DNA of 32,000 bases from Alkalilimnicola ehrlichii MLHE-1 (GTDB lineage: Bacteria > Pseudomonadota > Gammaproteobacteria > Nitrococcales > Halorhodospiraceae), in the NCBI RefSeq assembly GCF_000014785.1, contig NC_008340.1, forward strand, positions 2,940,001 through 2,972,000. Reading direction: 5' to 3'. Made by a program: the position numbers and the translations under genes. Positions 30,041 through 32,000 of the stretch are shown here, piece after piece; the first letter of the stretch is position 1, and every line of letters starts with the position of its first letter. Under the pieces are notes generated by a model, which worked only from the letters and a program-made list of their open reading frames with translations, ran no database searches and was not told the origin of the DNA.

Positions 30041-31417
30041 TCAGAGGAAGGTCACACCGACCGAGAACAGGCGCTCCACCTCCGGCACACGCTTCTTGTC
30101 CACCAAGAAGAGTATGACGTGATCCTCGGGCTCGATGACCAGGTCGTGGTGCGCCATCAGCACCTCATCGCCCCGGACCACCGCGCCGATGGTGGTGCCC
30201 GGCGGCAGGCGGATCTCGTCGATGGCCCGGCCGATGACCCGCGAACTGGCCGGGGTGCCGTGGGCCACCGCCTCCATGGCCTCGGCCGCACCGCGCCGCA
30301 GGGAGTGCACATTGGCCATATCACCCCGGCGGATGTGCGCCAGCAGGCTGCCGATGGTGGCCTGCTGCGGCGACACGGCGATGTCGATATCCTCGCTGGA
30401 CTGGATCAGCTCCACGTAGGCGGCCCGGTTGATCAGCGCCATCACCTGGCGGGCGCCCAGGCGCTTGGCCAGCATGGCGGACAGGATGTTGGCCTCATCG
30501 TCGTTGGTCACCGCGCAGAAGACATCGGTGTTCTCGATGTTCTCCTCCAGCAGCAGCTCCTCATCGGCGGCGTCGCCCAGCAGCACGATGGCGCGCTTGA
30601 GCTCCTCGGAGATCTCCCGGGCTCGCTCCGGTGAGTGCTCGATGAGCTTGACCTGGTAGCGACGCTCCAGGGCCTGGGCCAAGCGCTTGCCGATGTTGCC
30701 ACCGCCGGCGATGGTGAGCCGCTTCACCGGCTTTTCCAGCCGGCGCAGCTCACTCATGACCGCACGGATATCCTTCTTCGCGGCAATGAAAAAGACCTCG
30801 TCACCGGCCTCGATCACCGTGTCACCCTCAGGCAGGATGGGCTTGCCCCGGCGGAAGATGGCGGCCACCCGGGTGGGCGTGCCCGGCATGTGCTCGCGCA
30901 GGGTCGAGAGCTCATGTCCCACCAGCGGCCCGCCGTAATAGGCCCGCACGCAGACCAGTCGTACCCGGCCCTGGGCGAAATCCAGCACCTGTAGCGCCCC
31001 GGGGTGCTCAACCAGCCGCTGCACGTAGTCGGTGACCAGCTGTTCGGGGCTGATGATGACATCGATGGGCAGCGCGTCGGGGCTGAACAGCTGTGGATAG
31101 GTCAAATACTCCACCGCCCGGACGCGGGCGATCTTGGTGGGGGTATGGAACAGGGTGTAGGCCACCTGACAGGCGGTCATGTTGGCCTCATCCGAGTTGG
31201 TCACCGCCAGGATCATGTCCGCGTCCGGGGCACCGGCCCGTTCCAGCACCTCGGGGTAGGTGCCACTGCCGTGGACCGTACGGATATCGAGACGGTCCTG
31301 CAGATCCTGCAGCACCCCCACGCGGGTATCGACCACGGTGATGTCGTTGGCCTCGCTGGAGAGGTTCTCGGCCACGGTGCTGCCCACCTGACCGGCGCCG
31401 AGGATGATGATCTTCAT
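30041..31417 (-). CDS. trkA: Trk potassium uptake system NAD-binding protein
   Basis: 458 aa with duplicated RCK/TrkA-N domains ([19 protein letters not shown]... and [17 protein letters not shown]...). Confidence 0.95.
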   Translation of the reverse strand: MKIIILGAGQVGSTVAENLSSEANDITVVDTRVGVLQDLQDRLDIRTVHGSGTYPEVLERAGAPDADMILAVTNSDEANMTACQVAYTLFHTPTKIARVRAVEYLTYPQLFSPDALPIDVIISPEQLVTDYVQRLVEHPGALQVLDFAQGRVRLVCVRAYYGGPLVGHELSTLREHMPGTPTRVAAIFRRGKPILPEGDTVIEAGDEVFFIAAKKDIRAVMSELRRLEKPVKRLTIAGGGNIGKRLAQALERRYQVKLIEHSPERAREISEELKRAIVLLGDAADEELLLEENIENTDVFCAVTNDDEANILSAMLAKRLGARQVMALINRAAYVELIQSSEDIDIAVSPQQATIGSLLAHIRRGDMANVHSLRRGAAEAMEAVAHGTPASSRVIGRAIDEIRLPPGTTIGAVVRGDEVLMAHHDLVIEPEDHVILFLVDKKRVPEVERLFSVGVTFL

Positions 31418-31430
31418 ACCCGCTCCCTGC

Positions 31431-32000
31431 TCATGCGCTCTCCCTGGGATCGATACCCAGTGCCTTGAGTTTGCGGTAGAGGTGGGTGCGTTCCATGCCG
31501 GTCAACCGGGCCAGCTGGCCCACGCTGCCCTGGGCACGACGGAGCTGCTCCTGCAGGTAGCGCCGCTCGAACGCCTCCCGGGCCTCGCGCAGGGGCAACT
31601 CCAGGTGGAGATCGGCGGACAGCCCCCGGCCGGCGCCGGTGCCCTCGCGCGCCGCCTCCTCCAGCGCCGCCTCGACCTCGTCAACGTCGATCTTCTCGCC
31701 CTCGCCCATGATCAACAGGCGTTGCACCAGATTCTCCAGCTCCCGCACATTACCCGGCCAGCTATGATTGCGCAGGCGGTTCTGCGCCGCCAGCGTGAAC
31801 TCACGGTACTGCAGGCCGTCGCGCTCCACCAGCCGATTGACGTAGTACTGGAGCAGCTCGGGGACGTCCTCCACATGCTCCCGGAGCGCCGGCACCACCA
31901 GCGGCACCACGTCCAGATAGTAGTAGAAATCCTCCCGGAACCGACCGGCGCGCACGGCGTCCGCCAGCTCCACCCGGGTGCCTGCGATCAGGCGCACATC
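31431..32000 (-). CDS. Sigma54-dependent (NtrC/Fis family) transcriptional regulator. Only the C-terminal part is present; the gene continues past the right edge
   Basis: The C-terminal portion of the AAA+ sigma54-interaction domain is present (VRLIAGT..., [43 protein letters not shown]), plus a Fis-type HTH ([26 protein letters not shown]). The stop codon lies 13 nt before the trkA start. Confidence 0.85.
   Translation of the reverse strand, partial: DVRLIAGTRVELADAVRAGRFREDFYYYLDVVPLVVPALREHVEDVPELLQYYVNRLVERDGLQYREFTLAAQNRLRNHSWPGNVRELENLVQRLLIMGEGEKIDVDEVEAALEEAAREGTGAGRGLSADLHLELPLREAREAFERRYLQEQLRRAQGSVGQLARLTGMERTHLYRKLKALGIDPRESA

Overview
High-GC (about 65-70% by eye) proteobacterial chromosomal segment, probably gammaproteobacterial on gene content and order. 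It is almost entirely core metabolism, and nearly all genes lie on the minus strand. In transcription order (right to left): the 3' end of a sigma54-dependent response regulator, trkA and a small TPR protein. Next come a plus-strand LpxL/HtrB-type acyltransferase, a Trp-rich phasin/PhaE-N-terminus-like protein, dtd, hisB-hisH-hisA-hisF-hisE and tatA-tatB-tatC. A 607-bp non-coding gap follows, then sucA-sucB-lpd with an intrinsic terminator. After that is an acuI/yhdH-like reductase fused to a methylcitrate operon (prpB-prpC-acnD-prpF-prpD). The left end holds a plus-strand phasin gene, a SagB-type dehydrogenase with an N-terminal signal/anchor, a plus-strand CPBP intramembrane protease, and a tightly coupled operon of an AMP-forming acyl-CoA synthetase, a fused E1 alpha/beta 2-oxoacid dehydrogenase and an E2 that runs off the left edge. 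I see no rRNA, tRNA, CRISPR array, transposase, integrase or recognisable defence system, and I cannot honestly point to a convincing new multi-gene system. The most unusual content is non-coding. A family of composite palindromic (REP/MITE-like) elements sits in three intercistronic gaps of the prp operon; one copy appears to carry a nested insertion of a second repeat type. Beside it is an extreme G-rich (C-rich on the mRNA strand) tract upstream of prpD. Secondary curiosities: the synthetase-E1-E2 operon with a (Pro-Lys)/(Pro-Glu) linker of at least 58 residues, the SagB-like/CPBP pair without a YcaO or precursor peptide, a 7% Trp protein, and a 607-bp ORF-less region upstream of sucA. Many long ORFs in the supplied track are mirror-strand or off-frame artefacts of the high GC content and are not reported.
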